44,919 nucleotides of DNA, from IMG/VR virus record IMGVR_UViG_3300020202_000030, positions 1 to 44,919 of that record. One strand, written 5' to 3'. The notes beneath the pieces are model-generated. The model had not been told where the DNA came from and made no database searches. It saw nothing but the letters and a program-made list of their open reading frames with translations. Source of the DNA: a virus. Positions 25,493 to 34,373 of this stretch are shown here, one piece after another. Position numbers and translations under genes: made by a program. Positions within the stretch are counted from its first letter, which is position 1, and each line of letters starts with the position of its first letter.

Positions 25493-26231
25493 CAAGAATT
25501 ATGCAGCACCTACTCCACCGCCTCCACAGAATCCAACAGAAACCTCAGCCCAAGCTATTCAAGCTCAGATTAATGCTTTACCTGAAATTCTCCGTGCTCA
25601 GCAGCAGTATGGGTCGCAGTTTAGTCAGTTACAGTTAGATGAGCTACAAAAGTTTGGTCCTCAGTTTGCTCAAGCGGCGTTAAACCTCCAAAAAGAATTC
25701 GGACCTCAATTTGCTGAGATCGAGCGGTCCTTATCACCTGAACTTGCCGGAGCACAGGACACCTTAAAGAAGTTTCTGCAATCAACGGATGAGGACGAGT
25801 ATAACTCCTTAAAACCGGGGTTGCTTGAGGATGTTCGCGCCGCGCAGTCGCTGAGGGGACTTGGGGCAGTGAGTCCGCTGGGGGCGATTGATGAGTCAGT
25901 CCAACTCCAACGATTGAAGCAATCCCTTAAAGACCGCCGTTTAAACATCGCTCTGTCTACGGCTGGCCGTGTCCCTATCTCCTCATTCCCAACTGTGCAA
26001 GGTCAGACCGGAGTGGGTCAGTTAGTTCAGAACGTATCACCTGAATCCATCTTCGGCGCTCAAGCTGCGAATAATTCTTATAACGCTTCTATATTTGGGA
26101 CGCAGGCAAATTTGTATGCAAACCAAGGAGGCAGTCCATTCGGGTCAATTCTCGGAGGTCTTGCTGGGTCATTGACTGGTAGTTTTGGATCAGTCCTGGG
26201 CAGAAGAATCGGTAGAGGAATATTCTCATGA
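25485..26231 (+). CDS. Internal-virion-like protein, Q-rich with a Gly-zipper C-terminus
   Basis: ATG at 25485 inside track ORF 25470..26231. C-terminal GGSPFGSILGGLAGSLTGSFGSVLG. Confidence 0.5.
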   Translation: MSSKNYAAPTPPPPQNPTETSAQAIQAQINALPEILRAQQQYGSQFSQLQLDELQKFGPQFAQAALNLQKEFGPQFAEIERSLSPELAGAQDTLKKFLQSTDEDEYNSLKPGLLEDVRAAQSLRGLGAVSPLGAIDESVQLQRLKQSLKDRRLNIALSTAGRVPISSFPTVQGQTGVGQLVQNVSPESIFGAQAANNSYNASIFGTQANLYANQGGSPFGSILGGLAGSLTGSFGSVLGRRIGRGIFS

Positions 26232-27250
26232 GTTCATTCAACAAAAGCTTCGAAGAGTCTTTTAAAACTGGTCAAGCTACTGGTAGTCAAGCTGCTTTGG
26301 AAGCTATTAGGGAAAAGATACAAGCAAATGAGGAAGCTCGCCAATCTGGTTTAATCATTGACATTCTAGAGGAGAAGATTGTCAAGAGCGCACTTTCCAA
26401 GGCAAAAAATCCTACAGAAGCCGCAGAAGCCGCAAATGCTGTTTCTTCCTCTCTGGACGCGCTTAGGAAAGCAAAGTTTCCTTTAAAGACAACAATGATG
26501 GTTGCGGAAATGATCGCTCCGGATGCGTTAAGCAAAAATGTCGCCGGTCGAGTTCTTATGGCTGGACGTGACGGAGTAAGACAAGTTGGGGAGTACGGCC
26601 CTAATGACAAAGTTTTTGAAGAGAACTTAACGCCTGAGGAAATTGGGGCAAGAAAGGCTCAGGAACAAAAACTCTTCAAGCCAAAAGAAATTGAGAACTT
26701 ATCAGCATTCGCGGATTCGAGAGATACGATTAAGGAAATTCGAGCTGATCTTGAGTCTCTTGGAATTAAAGATCCATCGAAATTCGGCAACATAGAAGCT
26801 GAAACAATTGATTCTGATTTTGGTCCGATATCTATTCCGGCGCGATTTAATTTGGTTGGTCAATATGCAAAAGATCCCAAATATACAGGTGTAAAACGTA
26901 AGCTCGAACGCTTTTTTAATAACTACAGAAAAGTAATCACTGGAGCACAAGCATCATATCAAGAATTACAAAGCTTACGTCAGGCTGTTGGCGATTTTAC
27001 TGATAGACCAGCAGTATTCTTCGAGAACCTATCAAGCCTTGAAGGTGAAGTAAACCGTATGCTCGAAAACAGGCTCAATGTTTACGAGGCTGTTGGGCGA
27101 GACACTTCAAAGATCAGAGATATGTTTAAACCAAGAGAGACAGCTACTCCAGTAAACAAGGGCAAGATAGCTGAGGGAACGATAATCGAGAATAAGCAAA
27201 CTGGTGAACGGCGGATATATAAGGCAGGTCAATGGCAACCACTGAGGTAG
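26228..27250 (+). CDS. Internal-virion-like helical protein, 340 aa
   Basis: Track ORF with ATGA coupling. Function from position only. Confidence 0.5.
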   Translation: MSSFNKSFEESFKTGQATGSQAALEAIREKIQANEEARQSGLIIDILEEKIVKSALSKAKNPTEAAEAANAVSSSLDALRKAKFPLKTTMMVAEMIAPDALSKNVAGRVLMAGRDGVRQVGEYGPNDKVFEENLTPEEIGARKAQEQKLFKPKEIENLSAFADSRDTIKEIRADLESLGIKDPSKFGNIEAETIDSDFGPISIPARFNLVGQYAKDPKYTGVKRKLERFFNNYRKVITGAQASYQELQSLRQAVGDFTDRPAVFFENLSSLEGEVNRMLENRLNVYEAVGRDTSKIRDMFKPRETATPVNKGKIAEGTIIENKQTGERRIYKAGQWQPLR

Positions 27251-28710
27251 AAACAATTCCGCAAGGTTTTGAGATTGTTTCTGAGCAAAATACTGAAACT
27301 ATTCCTGAAGGATTCTCGGTTGTTGAATCTAAGAAGCCGGAAGAATCTGCCAGAAAAAAACTCCTAAGAACTGTCGGTGATTCTGTGACTAGGGAGTTTT
27401 TAACTCCGTCCAGAATAAGCGTGAATAGTTTTGATATACCTGGCAAAAGTGCATCTCTTGCTCACGATATCTATTCGGTGGCTAAAGAAGAGCTTATGAG
27501 ATCATCGAAGATAAACTCAGCCTTAGAGAAGATTCCAAACAAACCACTTTTATCCAAAGAAATTGTGCCGCAGCAAGTCTTAACTGGTGCCATGCCTGGA
27601 TTGGACATTGCCCAAAGAATATTGGCATCTGTTCCACAAAGAGAGCTTGCTAAGCAAGGAGTGAGTGCTGGTCTTGATGTTGTTGCTGGTGCTGTATCCG
27701 ATGGAATTCTAAATGCTGGAAGCATTGCAACAAGACTTTCTCCAAAATTGGCAGAAAAGTCAGTCAATCAGGCTAAAGAAAGCGTAATTAATGCGTTTAG
27801 AAAGGCTGTCCCAGTCAAACTCCCCAAAAATGCTAACTATAACGATATTAAGAAAACGAATTCCAATATATTCGAGGGAATCAATATACTTTTCCAACGC
27901 AAAGATAAAGTTATGAATTTTGTTAATGCCGATGGAGTGGTTGAAAATCGGTTACCGGAATCATTACTTGAGACTTCGCAAGCTGTGAAGTCAGCCAAAG
28001 ACGCCATATATAAGGAATATTCTGAACTGTCTGGGTCTTCGCAGTCATCAATTTCAGGTGACGAGATATCGGATTATCTACGGGAAGCCCTTAAAGATCC
28101 CGTATTACAAGTGCCTCAGTTTGACGATGTAAGGACTTACCTTGAAGGATTGATTAAAGGGTACAAGCAAAAACAATTTACTTTTGAAACTACAGAGAAG
28201 TTGATATCTGAGCTAGTGAAGAATTCGATGAGTAAAATCAGAGAAACTGGAGTACAGAGAAAAGTTGCTGAGATTGATGGCAATTTAGCATCTTTTCTTA
28301 TTAACAAGATCGATGACTCTGTATCAACTTTTCCAAAAGAATATTCAGGACTTCGTAGTCAATATAAAGTTCTGAGACAACTTGAGACAGATATCACAAG
28401 AGCTGCAAATCGAAATTTATCAGCCAAAGATAGAGCCTCATTCGGTGACTATCTAAATATGTTTGCTCTCTCAGATATGGCTCTCGGAGCCGCTGAGTTT
28501 GTTAGTGGCAAGCCAGGTGGTTTAGGACGAATCGTTAAGGGTGCTGTAGGTGAAGGAGTTTTGAAGAGTGTTAGTTTAAAACGCGATCCAAATAGATCTA
28601 TTAACTTGGCATTCAGAAAGTTCGAAGACGCTCAAAAACGAGCAGTCATCAAGACTGGGTCGGAACAAGTTTACGATTTAGTGAAGAAATTTCTAGCGGG
28701 AAAAGTATGA
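27232..28710 (+). CDS. Internal-virion-like protein, 492 aa
   Basis: Track ORF. Function from position only. No lysozyme or transglycosylase motif recognised. Confidence 0.5.
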   Translation: MATTEVETIPQGFEIVSEQNTETIPEGFSVVESKKPEESARKKLLRTVGDSVTREFLTPSRISVNSFDIPGKSASLAHDIYSVAKEELMRSSKINSALEKIPNKPLLSKEIVPQQVLTGAMPGLDIAQRILASVPQRELAKQGVSAGLDVVAGAVSDGILNAGSIATRLSPKLAEKSVNQAKESVINAFRKAVPVKLPKNANYNDIKKTNSNIFEGINILFQRKDKVMNFVNADGVVENRLPESLLETSQAVKSAKDAIYKEYSELSGSSQSSISGDEISDYLREALKDPVLQVPQFDDVRTYLEGLIKGYKQKQFTFETTEKLISELVKNSMSKIRETGVQRKVAEIDGNLASFLINKIDDSVSTFPKEYSGLRSQYKVLRQLETDITRAANRNLSAKDRASFGDYLNMFALSDMALGAAEFVSGKPGGLGRIVKGAVGEGVLKSVSLKRDPNRSINLAFRKFEDAQKRAVIKTGSEQVYDLVKKFLAGKV

Positions 28711-28713
28711 CGA

Positions 28714-28911
28714 TTAATCTTCAAAATAGTAATGAGTGTTTCCGCCAGAACTCACACGGCTCCCATAAGAACCATCTGAACCGTAATAATGAGTTGTCCC
28801 GCCAGAGTTTACCTCTGTCACGGTTGTTGTGTCATTACTATTCCAATCGTATGTGTAAGCATACACAGGTGTGGCTATGAGTAGAATGCTTAATAAAGGA
28901 AGTATCTTCAT
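28714..28911 (-). CDS. Small secreted repeat peptide, 65 aa, antisense to the late operon
   Basis: Signal-peptide-like MKILPLLSILLIATPVYA. The mature part carries SGG(T/N)THYY twice. Confidence 0.55.
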   Translation of the reverse strand: MKILPLLSILLIATPVYAYTYDWNSNDTTTVTEVNSGGTTHYYGSDGSYGSRVSSGGNTHYYFED

Positions 28912-28959
28912 ATCGTCTCCAAGTTTACATAACTATACACAAGAAGGAGTATCAAGTCA

Positions 28960-29109
28960 ATGCCCTACAAACCCTTCCTAATCGGCCTAATAGCTGGCCT
29001 TCTCCTCGGCAGCGGTATCGCCTGGGCCGCCAGTAGGATCACTTTAGTCAACGGTAGTGGAAACGAAATCGGAATAACAGGGAGTCCTTTATATGTACAA
29101 GGTGTTTAA
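28960..29109 (+). CDS. 49-aa membrane-anchored or secreted peptide, a paralogue of the N-terminus of the next gene
   Basis: Hand-translated MPYKPFLIGLIAGLLLGSGIAWAASRITLVNGSGNEIGITGSPLYVQGV. AAGGAG lies 10 nt upstream. Confidence 0.35.
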   Translation: MPYKPFLIGLIAGLLLGSGIAWAASRITLVNGSGNEIGITGSPLYVQGV

Positions 29110-29749
29110 GTTAGTCGGGGCGTTACTTTTTATTACTTCTTTAGCTTGGGCTGATCGGGCAACACTTCAAAACGGAAGCGGGAATGAGATTGGAACTCAA
29201 TCAAACCCAGTTATCGTTTCATTGGGAACCGCTGGCGACACTACCTTTAATAGCGTAACGGTCTCAGATGCGGCTGGTGTGAAGATCACTGGTGATGGTG
29301 ATGGGGCTATTACGTTTCTTGGTTTGGGGGATGGTAATGATGAGAGCTTAACGATTAACCTAGATGATTTTAACAACATCATCCAATTAACATCCGCTAC
29401 TGGCGCAACTGAGATTATTGGTATCGCTTCATACTCACTTGGTGGTGGTGGTGTGCGTCTCACTGGCGACGGAGATGGTGCTATTACTTTTCAAGGACTC
29501 GGTGATGGCACTGATGAAAATTTGCAAATGAACCTTGACGATACGGCCAACACCGTATCCTTGACATCTTCAACTGGCGTGGTTGATATCCGTTTCGATG
29601 CTGGTGCCGGTGTAGGTCAATTCACTCTCGATGGGGCCACTGGTGGTTGCATTATGCTTCGAGACACAGACGACGCTGGTTGGACTGAGTGTGATGCTTT
29701 GGATGGAACTCTTAGTTGTTCGGTTGATGTGGATGGAGTTTGCGACTAA
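29093..29749 (+). CDS. Signal-peptide protein with an internal D/G-rich duplication, 218 aa
   Basis: MYKVFKLVGALLFITSLAWA, then two copies of about 47 aa: TGDGDGAITF-GLGDG-DE-L--NLDD. Confidence 0.6.
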   Translation: MYKVFKLVGALLFITSLAWADRATLQNGSGNEIGTQSNPVIVSLGTAGDTTFNSVTVSDAAGVKITGDGDGAITFLGLGDGNDESLTINLDDFNNIIQLTSATGATEIIGIASYSLGGGGVRLTGDGDGAITFQGLGDGTDENLQMNLDDTANTVSLTSSTGVVDIRFDAGAGVGQFTLDGATGGCIMLRDTDDAGWTECDALDGTLSCSVDVDGVCD

Positions 29750-29762
29750 TTAAGGAGAATCA

Positions 29763-30083
29763 ATGTCAGGATCAATAGTTAAAACTCGGCCATTAGTCGG
29801 ATTCGCTTTCGAGCAGAAAACTGTGTCTAACTCAGCCCAAACGTTAACACAAGCCACTTACAAACCCTCTACTGGGCCAGCCGCCGAATCAGCCTTCGTT
29901 ACTTGTCATCGTGGGGAGGTTCGTTACCGTTATGACGGCACTGATCCTACAGCTACCGTTGGGCATATCCTCTCAGATGGTGGCTATATTCGGCTTGACG
30001 GAATGCACCAGATCGAAAGTTTTAAAGCCATAAGAGCTGGTTCAGTAGATGCTGAACTTAACGTCACATACGAAAGGGAATAA
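29763..30083 (+). CDS. Small beta-rich protein, 106 aa
   Basis: Track ORF with AAGGAG SD. Confidence 0.55.
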   Translation: MSGSIVKTRPLVGFAFEQKTVSNSAQTLTQATYKPSTGPAAESAFVTCHRGEVRYRYDGTDPTATVGHILSDGGYIRLDGMHQIESFKAIRAGSVDAELNVTYERE

Positions 30084-30091
30084 TCCTAAAA

Positions 30092-30697
30092 ATGGAACAT
30101 GGAACTAACGGTCACGTAGCAGCTAAGCCAAGACAAGTGGTTGCTGGCATTCAGGTGGTGGAATCGGTCTATAAAGTTGAGCGCCCAGTGTATGAGGACG
30201 TAGTAGTACAAGTCCCTAAGTTTGTCGATAAGCAAGTTGAGCTACCCGTGGGATGGGACAAGTTGATCCAAGAATTGACTCAAGATATTGCCAATTCCCT
30301 CATCGATAAGTGTCTAGCGGCGATTGATAAGAGACTCGATGCAGCCATTAATGACCGGATTAAGCAGATTGAGGTTCCGAAGATAATCGAGCGCGAAGTA
30401 GTCAACGTGATTAAGAAAGATATCGAAGTCACCAATGCAGTGATTAAGGACAAACCAGTTACTAACGCTGTGATTAAGGACGTTGAGGTCAAAAACGCCG
30501 TTGTTAAGGACATCACAGTGCTGAACGCAGTGGTCGAGGACGTTCCTATTAAGAACGCTGTGATTGAGGATGTCCACGTTAATCGCGCCATTATCACCGA
30601 AGTCCCAGTAGTGAATGCCAAGATTAAAGATAAAGTAATAGAAGCAATCAGTATTAAATGGGTTAAACCCGATGGGAGTCCAGACAATGAGCGTTAA
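30092..30697 (+). CDS. Protein with eight tandem decapeptide repeats, 201 aa
   Basis: Track ORF. Repeat consensus V-x-N-A-V-I-K-D-x-x. Confidence 0.65.
   Translation: MEHGTNGHVAAKPRQVVAGIQVVESVYKVERPVYEDVVVQVPKFVDKQVELPVGWDKLIQELTQDIANSLIDKCLAAIDKRLDAAINDRIKQIEVPKIIEREVVNVIKKDIEVTNAVIKDKPVTNAVIKDVEVKNAVVKDITVLNAVVEDVPIKNAVIEDVHVNRAIITEVPVVNAKIKDKVIEAISIKWVKPDGSPDNER
30398..30637 (+). repeat. 8 x 30-bp in-frame tandem repeat
   Basis: VVNVIKKDIE VTNAVIKDKP VTNAVIKDVE VKNAVVKDIT VLNAVVEDVP IKNAVIEDVH VNRAIITEVP VVNAKIKDKV (aa 103-182). Confidence 0.85.
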
Positions 30698-31031
30698 TCC
30701 AGGGATTTATACTTACTTCCCATCAACTGAGGTTAAGTTTGCTGTTATATCAGAGTCATCAAGTGGTGATAATGAAGTCGTCCCAGCCGTCAGTGGTCGT
30801 ATGATTCTGGTTCTTAACTACACGGTTATGTCAAATGGAACAGTAAGTATTAAATGGCGTAGTGCAACTACTGACATCAGCGGTCTTTTGCCATTAATTG
30901 CAAACGTTGGAGCGTCACCAGCCTTTTCACCAGTTGGTCACTTCCGCACTGCCGAAGGCGAGGCTTTGAATCTTAATTTATCGGGTGCCGTCGCAGTTGG
31001 CGGTCACTTGGCATACGTTGAGGTTGGTTGA
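30687..31031 (+). CDS. Small beta-rich protein, 114 aa
   Basis: ATG at 30687, 8 nt after GGGAG, inside track ORF 30672..31031. Confidence 0.5.
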   Translation: MSVNPGIYTYFPSTEVKFAVISESSSGDNEVVPAVSGRMILVLNYTVMSNGTVSIKWRSATTDISGLLPLIANVGASPAFSPVGHFRTAEGEALNLNLSGAVAVGGHLAYVEVG

Positions 31032-31279
31032 TGACATTTTCCATAATCGCCATATCTCGCTGCTCAGGCACAAATCACATTACAGTCGGAGGAACTGTAG
31101 CAGGTGAGGCGGTAACTCGGATGTATCAAGCTTCAGATTTTACCTCTGATGAATGGGACAATTTTAAAGGGGTGGAGCTGGCAATACTTAGTCGGCTTAA
31201 ATCCTACTGCAAAGAGAACGGTTTAAACACATTCACGGAAATCAAAAACGGTTTAGAAGGCAAAACTTTTAAGGTTTAA
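31028..31279 (+). CDS. Hypothetical protein, 83 aa
   Basis: Track ORF with ATGA-type overlap. Confidence 0.45.
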   Translation: MMTFSIIAISRCSGTNHITVGGTVAGEAVTRMYQASDFTSDEWDNFKGVELAILSRLKSYCKENGLNTFTEIKNGLEGKTFKV

Positions 31280-31281
31280 TT

Positions 31282-32382
31282 ATGGCACTACAATCTATTC
31301 CTGGCGGTTTATGGATTCCTCATCCTCTTGGTGAAATAAGTGCAAACCCGGCTTTTAGTGCTGTTTTCTTACTCGATGCTGCAAGTGAAAAGGCGGCTGT
31401 TATTTGTCGTATCCCAAAAACCGGAAACATTAGCAAGGTACGCTGGAGAACTAACACAGTTACAACCGGCGCAACGATGGATATTAGGGTTGAAACGGTG
31501 GATGCATCCGGTGACCCCAGCGGGACATTAATTCACGCCAACGCTTCTGGAACCCAAGTTGTCGTGGATACGGATGACAACACTTCTTTCGCAAGCTCTC
31601 TGGCAGCGGCAGTAGCAGTCACAAGAGGCGATTTAGTTGCGATTATTGTGGCTCAACCATCGGCCTCTTCTGGGAGCCTTACTGTTTCAGCATACGCAGC
31701 ACACGCAGGATGGATATCACGATATCCGTACGGAAATTTATTTACCACTTCTTGGGCCAAGCAAACTGTCTTGCCGTGTTTCGGATTGGAATACGATGAT
31801 GGGAGCTATGCTTTTATGCCCCCACTTGCTCCAATAAGCGCGACAAATAACGCTGTTTATAATTCAGGAACCGTAGCAGCAGACGAGCGTGGTTTAAAGT
31901 TTAAGCTTCCATTTCCTACCAGAGTAACAGGTTGTTGGGCTTATATGCTTTCTGCCGCCACTGCGGACTATCAAATTCTGCTTTATGATTCAGACGGCTC
32001 CACCGTAATGACTAACGGCACAATTTCCCATGACGGCGATCATAGGCAGGGAACAACGGGTCAGGGTATTCAGTATTTTATATTTCCTGGCACTATTCAG
32101 CTTACCAAAGATACTTTTTATCGATTAATACTCAAACCGACAACAACTGCTAACGTAACTTTATCGGACTTTGAGGTTGGAGCGGCTGCCGTATTAGACG
32201 CGTTTGCTGGCGGTCAAAACTTTCATTACACAGACCGAGTAGACGCCGGTTCTTGGACGGATACAACCACTAAACGCCCTATGATGGGCTTAATTATTGA
32301 CGCTTTAGATGATGGGGTATCCTCTGGCAGCACATTTCCATCTCAAGGCATCCAACACATTGGAACAGGAGTTTGTACATGA
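31282..32382 (+). CDS. Hypothetical virion-module protein, 366 aa
   Basis: Track ORF. A/T/S/G-rich and beta-rich. Confidence 0.6.
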   Translation: MALQSIPGGLWIPHPLGEISANPAFSAVFLLDAASEKAAVICRIPKTGNISKVRWRTNTVTTGATMDIRVETVDASGDPSGTLIHANASGTQVVVDTDDNTSFASSLAAAVAVTRGDLVAIIVAQPSASSGSLTVSAYAAHAGWISRYPYGNLFTTSWAKQTVLPCFGLEYDDGSYAFMPPLAPISATNNAVYNSGTVAADERGLKFKLPFPTRVTGCWAYMLSAATADYQILLYDSDGSTVMTNGTISHDGDHRQGTTGQGIQYFIFPGTIQLTKDTFYRLILKPTTTANVTLSDFEVGAAAVLDAFAGGQNFHYTDRVDAGSWTDTTTKRPMMGLIIDALDDGVSSGSTFPSQGIQHIGTGVCT

Positions 32383-33047
32383 GAATACCGAGTGGGGTAA
32401 CGGACCAGTACATTTACTTTGTTGCCTTAGATGCAACTGACCTAAAAACGAGGGAAACGGGTCTATCCTCATTCACTGTCTACCGCTCTCGTAACGGTGG
32501 GGCCGCAGCAGCATACACTACGCCCACTATCAATGAAACTGACTCCACCAATATGCCTGGCGTGTACGAACTTCTCTTAGACGAAGACATGACAATTGAC
32601 TCTGGGGACGATTCTCAAGAAGTCTGTCTCCATATTACTCATTCTGGAATGGCTCCGGTAACTCGAACCTTTGAACTTTACAGACCAAAGGCAACCGCAG
32701 GTGAGACGCTAACAGTTTCAAGTGGCACAGGAAATGCCCAAGTTAAAGGGATCGATGCAAACCAAATTACAGCAAGTTCAATAGCCGCAGATGCCATAAC
32801 AGCAGCCAAACTCGCCTCAGATGTTGCAGATGAGATTTGGGCTAAAACTTGCACTGAACCCACAGCAGTTGTCGCAGCAAGTCCAACAGCCATTGCAGCG
32901 CTGTCTTGGTTACTAACTTTGTCACGAAACAAGATTACTCAGACCGCCACAACTCAGCTCCTTAAAGCTGATGATGGCACGACAACAGTGGCGACCTCAA
33001 CTATCTCTGACGACGGCACAACCTTCACTCGTGGAGAATTTGCTTAA
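32379..33047 (+). CDS. Hypothetical virion-module protein, 222 aa
   Basis: The ATG at 32379 overlaps the upstream stop (ATGA), 7 nt after AGGAG. The track start is 32373. Confidence 0.6.
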   Translation: MRIPSGVTDQYIYFVALDATDLKTRETGLSSFTVYRSRNGGAAAAYTTPTINETDSTNMPGVYELLLDEDMTIDSGDDSQEVCLHITHSGMAPVTRTFELYRPKATAGETLTVSSGTGNAQVKGIDANQITASSIAADAITAAKLASDVADEIWAKTCTEPTAVVAASPTAIAALSWLLTLSRNKITQTATTQLLKADDGTTTVATSTISDDGTTFTRGEFA

Positions 33048-33247
33048 TGGCTGATTTGGATTCACGAAGCAAACGAGCCTCAGCTATAGGAATCGATCTC
33101 ACCTTTCTTCACTTACTTCCTAATCCAGACTCCACCATCGATCAAGGGGACAGACAGCATAACGCATTTAAATACTCAGGAATTAATGCAAGCGCACCCG
33201 CTGCCAATACATTTGTGCCACGCCTAACACTTCTTGGAGTAGGTTAA
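33047..33247 (+). CDS. Hypothetical protein, 66 aa
   Basis: Track ORF with TAATG coupling on both sides. Confidence 0.45.
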   Translation: MADLDSRSKRASAIGIDLTFLHLLPNPDSTIDQGDRQHNAFKYSGINASAPAANTFVPRLTLLGVG

Positions 33248-33486
33248 TGCCAAACTGGGATGGTAATGAGAGGAGAAGTCACTTGGATAGCAGAGACCAC
33301 GATACGCTAATAGAGATACGAAACGATGTTAAGCATCTCGTTGCTACCGTGTCTCAGCATACTCAAGACGATTTAGCTTCGTTTCGTAAACATGAGAAAG
33401 ACTTAGATTGGGTTAAGAAGGTCATGTATACGGGATTCGGTGGTGGTTCGGTAGTTATATTCATACTGAAGTTACTTTATCACTAA
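33247..33486 (+). CDS. Holin-like membrane protein, 79 aa
   Basis: Single C-terminal TM segment (VMYTGFGGGSVVIFILKLLY). Sits at the end of the late operon. Confidence 0.4.
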   Translation: MPNWDGNERRSHLDSRDHDTLIEIRNDVKHLVATVSQHTQDDLASFRKHEKDLDWVKKVMYTGFGGGSVVIFILKLLYH

Positions 33487-33495
33487 GGAGGAAAT

Positions 33496-33669
33496 ATGGA
33501 CATTATAGGCTTCATTTCTAACAACTGGGTTTCAATCGTCGCAGCTCTCTGGGCATTTGAGAAATTCTTGGAAGCCGTCTCAGTTTTAACACCCTGGAAG
33601 TGGGATGACAACTTGGGCGTTATCCTGGGAAAGCTCTTAGCTACCTTCGGCGGGAAGAAAACCGTCTAA
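33496..33669 (+). CDS. Holin-like small membrane protein, 57 aa (below cutoff)
   Basis: Hand-translated MDIIGFISNNWVSIVAALWAFEKFLEAVSVLTPWKWDDNLGVILGKLLATFGGKKTV. AAGGAGG SD. Confidence 0.4.
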   Translation: MDIIGFISNNWVSIVAALWAFEKFLEAVSVLTPWKWDDNLGVILGKLLATFGGKKTV

Positions 33670-33861
33670 GGAAAATTCTCTGGGTTCTTCAAAAACTTGA
33701 AGGTGTCCGAATCAAGCATGGCAGATTAATAAGTCCCTCTGGAACCGAGTTTATCGGCTTCTCAGTTACCGTTGGAGGAGTTACACACCCCGATGACATT
33801 AAGCGGTCTTACGATGACATAGAGGCAATCTTAAAGAAAAATAAGATCCCCTATCGTATCC

Positions 33862-34266
33862 ATGAAGAAAGAAAGCCCAGCGGTACGTTCAAATCCTACA
33901 CAATTAACACCTGACCAACTCCAAAGACGGAGAGCCTACCAGCGCAAGTGGCGTGATAAAAACAGACAAAAATGGAATAAACAGTGCAATGAGAGATTAA
34001 GATTACTAAGATTACTAGTTATTAACGGTTACGGCGGCAGATGCGCTTGCTGCAAAGAGACTGAGATTAAATTCCTCGCGATCGATCATAAATATAACGG
34101 AAGGGGGAATCCCGCAAAAAGACATACTAATAAGAAATCCATGTACAAGTGGATATTAAGAAATAACTTTCCTGACGAACTTCAGCTCCTATGCCATAAC
34201 TGCAACCTCTCTAAGGGTTCCTACGGCGCCTGTCCTCACACAGACTTTCAAAAGTCGGCTGCTTAA
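33862..34266 (+). CDS. HNH endonuclease
   Basis: CACC...IDHKYNGRGN...LLCHNCNLSKG, a canonical HNH with flanking Cys pairs. Confidence 0.8.
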   Translation: MKKESPAVRSNPTQLTPDQLQRRRAYQRKWRDKNRQKWNKQCNERLRLLRLLVINGYGGRCACCKETEIKFLAIDHKYNGRGNPAKRHTNKKSMYKWILRNNFPDELQLLCHNCNLSKGSYGACPHTDFQKSAA

Positions 34267-34332
34267 TCAGCCTAATTATAGCCTTTAAGCAAAACGATCC
34301 CTTTCAAATTTAGCTTTACACAACTGCCTAGC

Positions 34333-34370
34333 TTGTATAAACTTGCATATAAATTGTTGCACTTATACAA
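34333..34370. promoter_or_regulatory. Inverted repeat TTGTATAA-n22-TTATACAA abutting the -35 element
   Basis: Read directly: 34333-34340 is the reverse complement of 34363-34370. Confidence 0.35.
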
Positions 34371-34373
34371 ACC

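Noticed and set aside
30280-30687. 135-aa and 87-aa minus-strand ORFs across the decapeptide-repeat gene
   Set aside because: They are the reverse-frame echo of the 30-bp tandem repeat. Their products are themselves periodic nonsense (TSxSLITAL...), and they have no start context.
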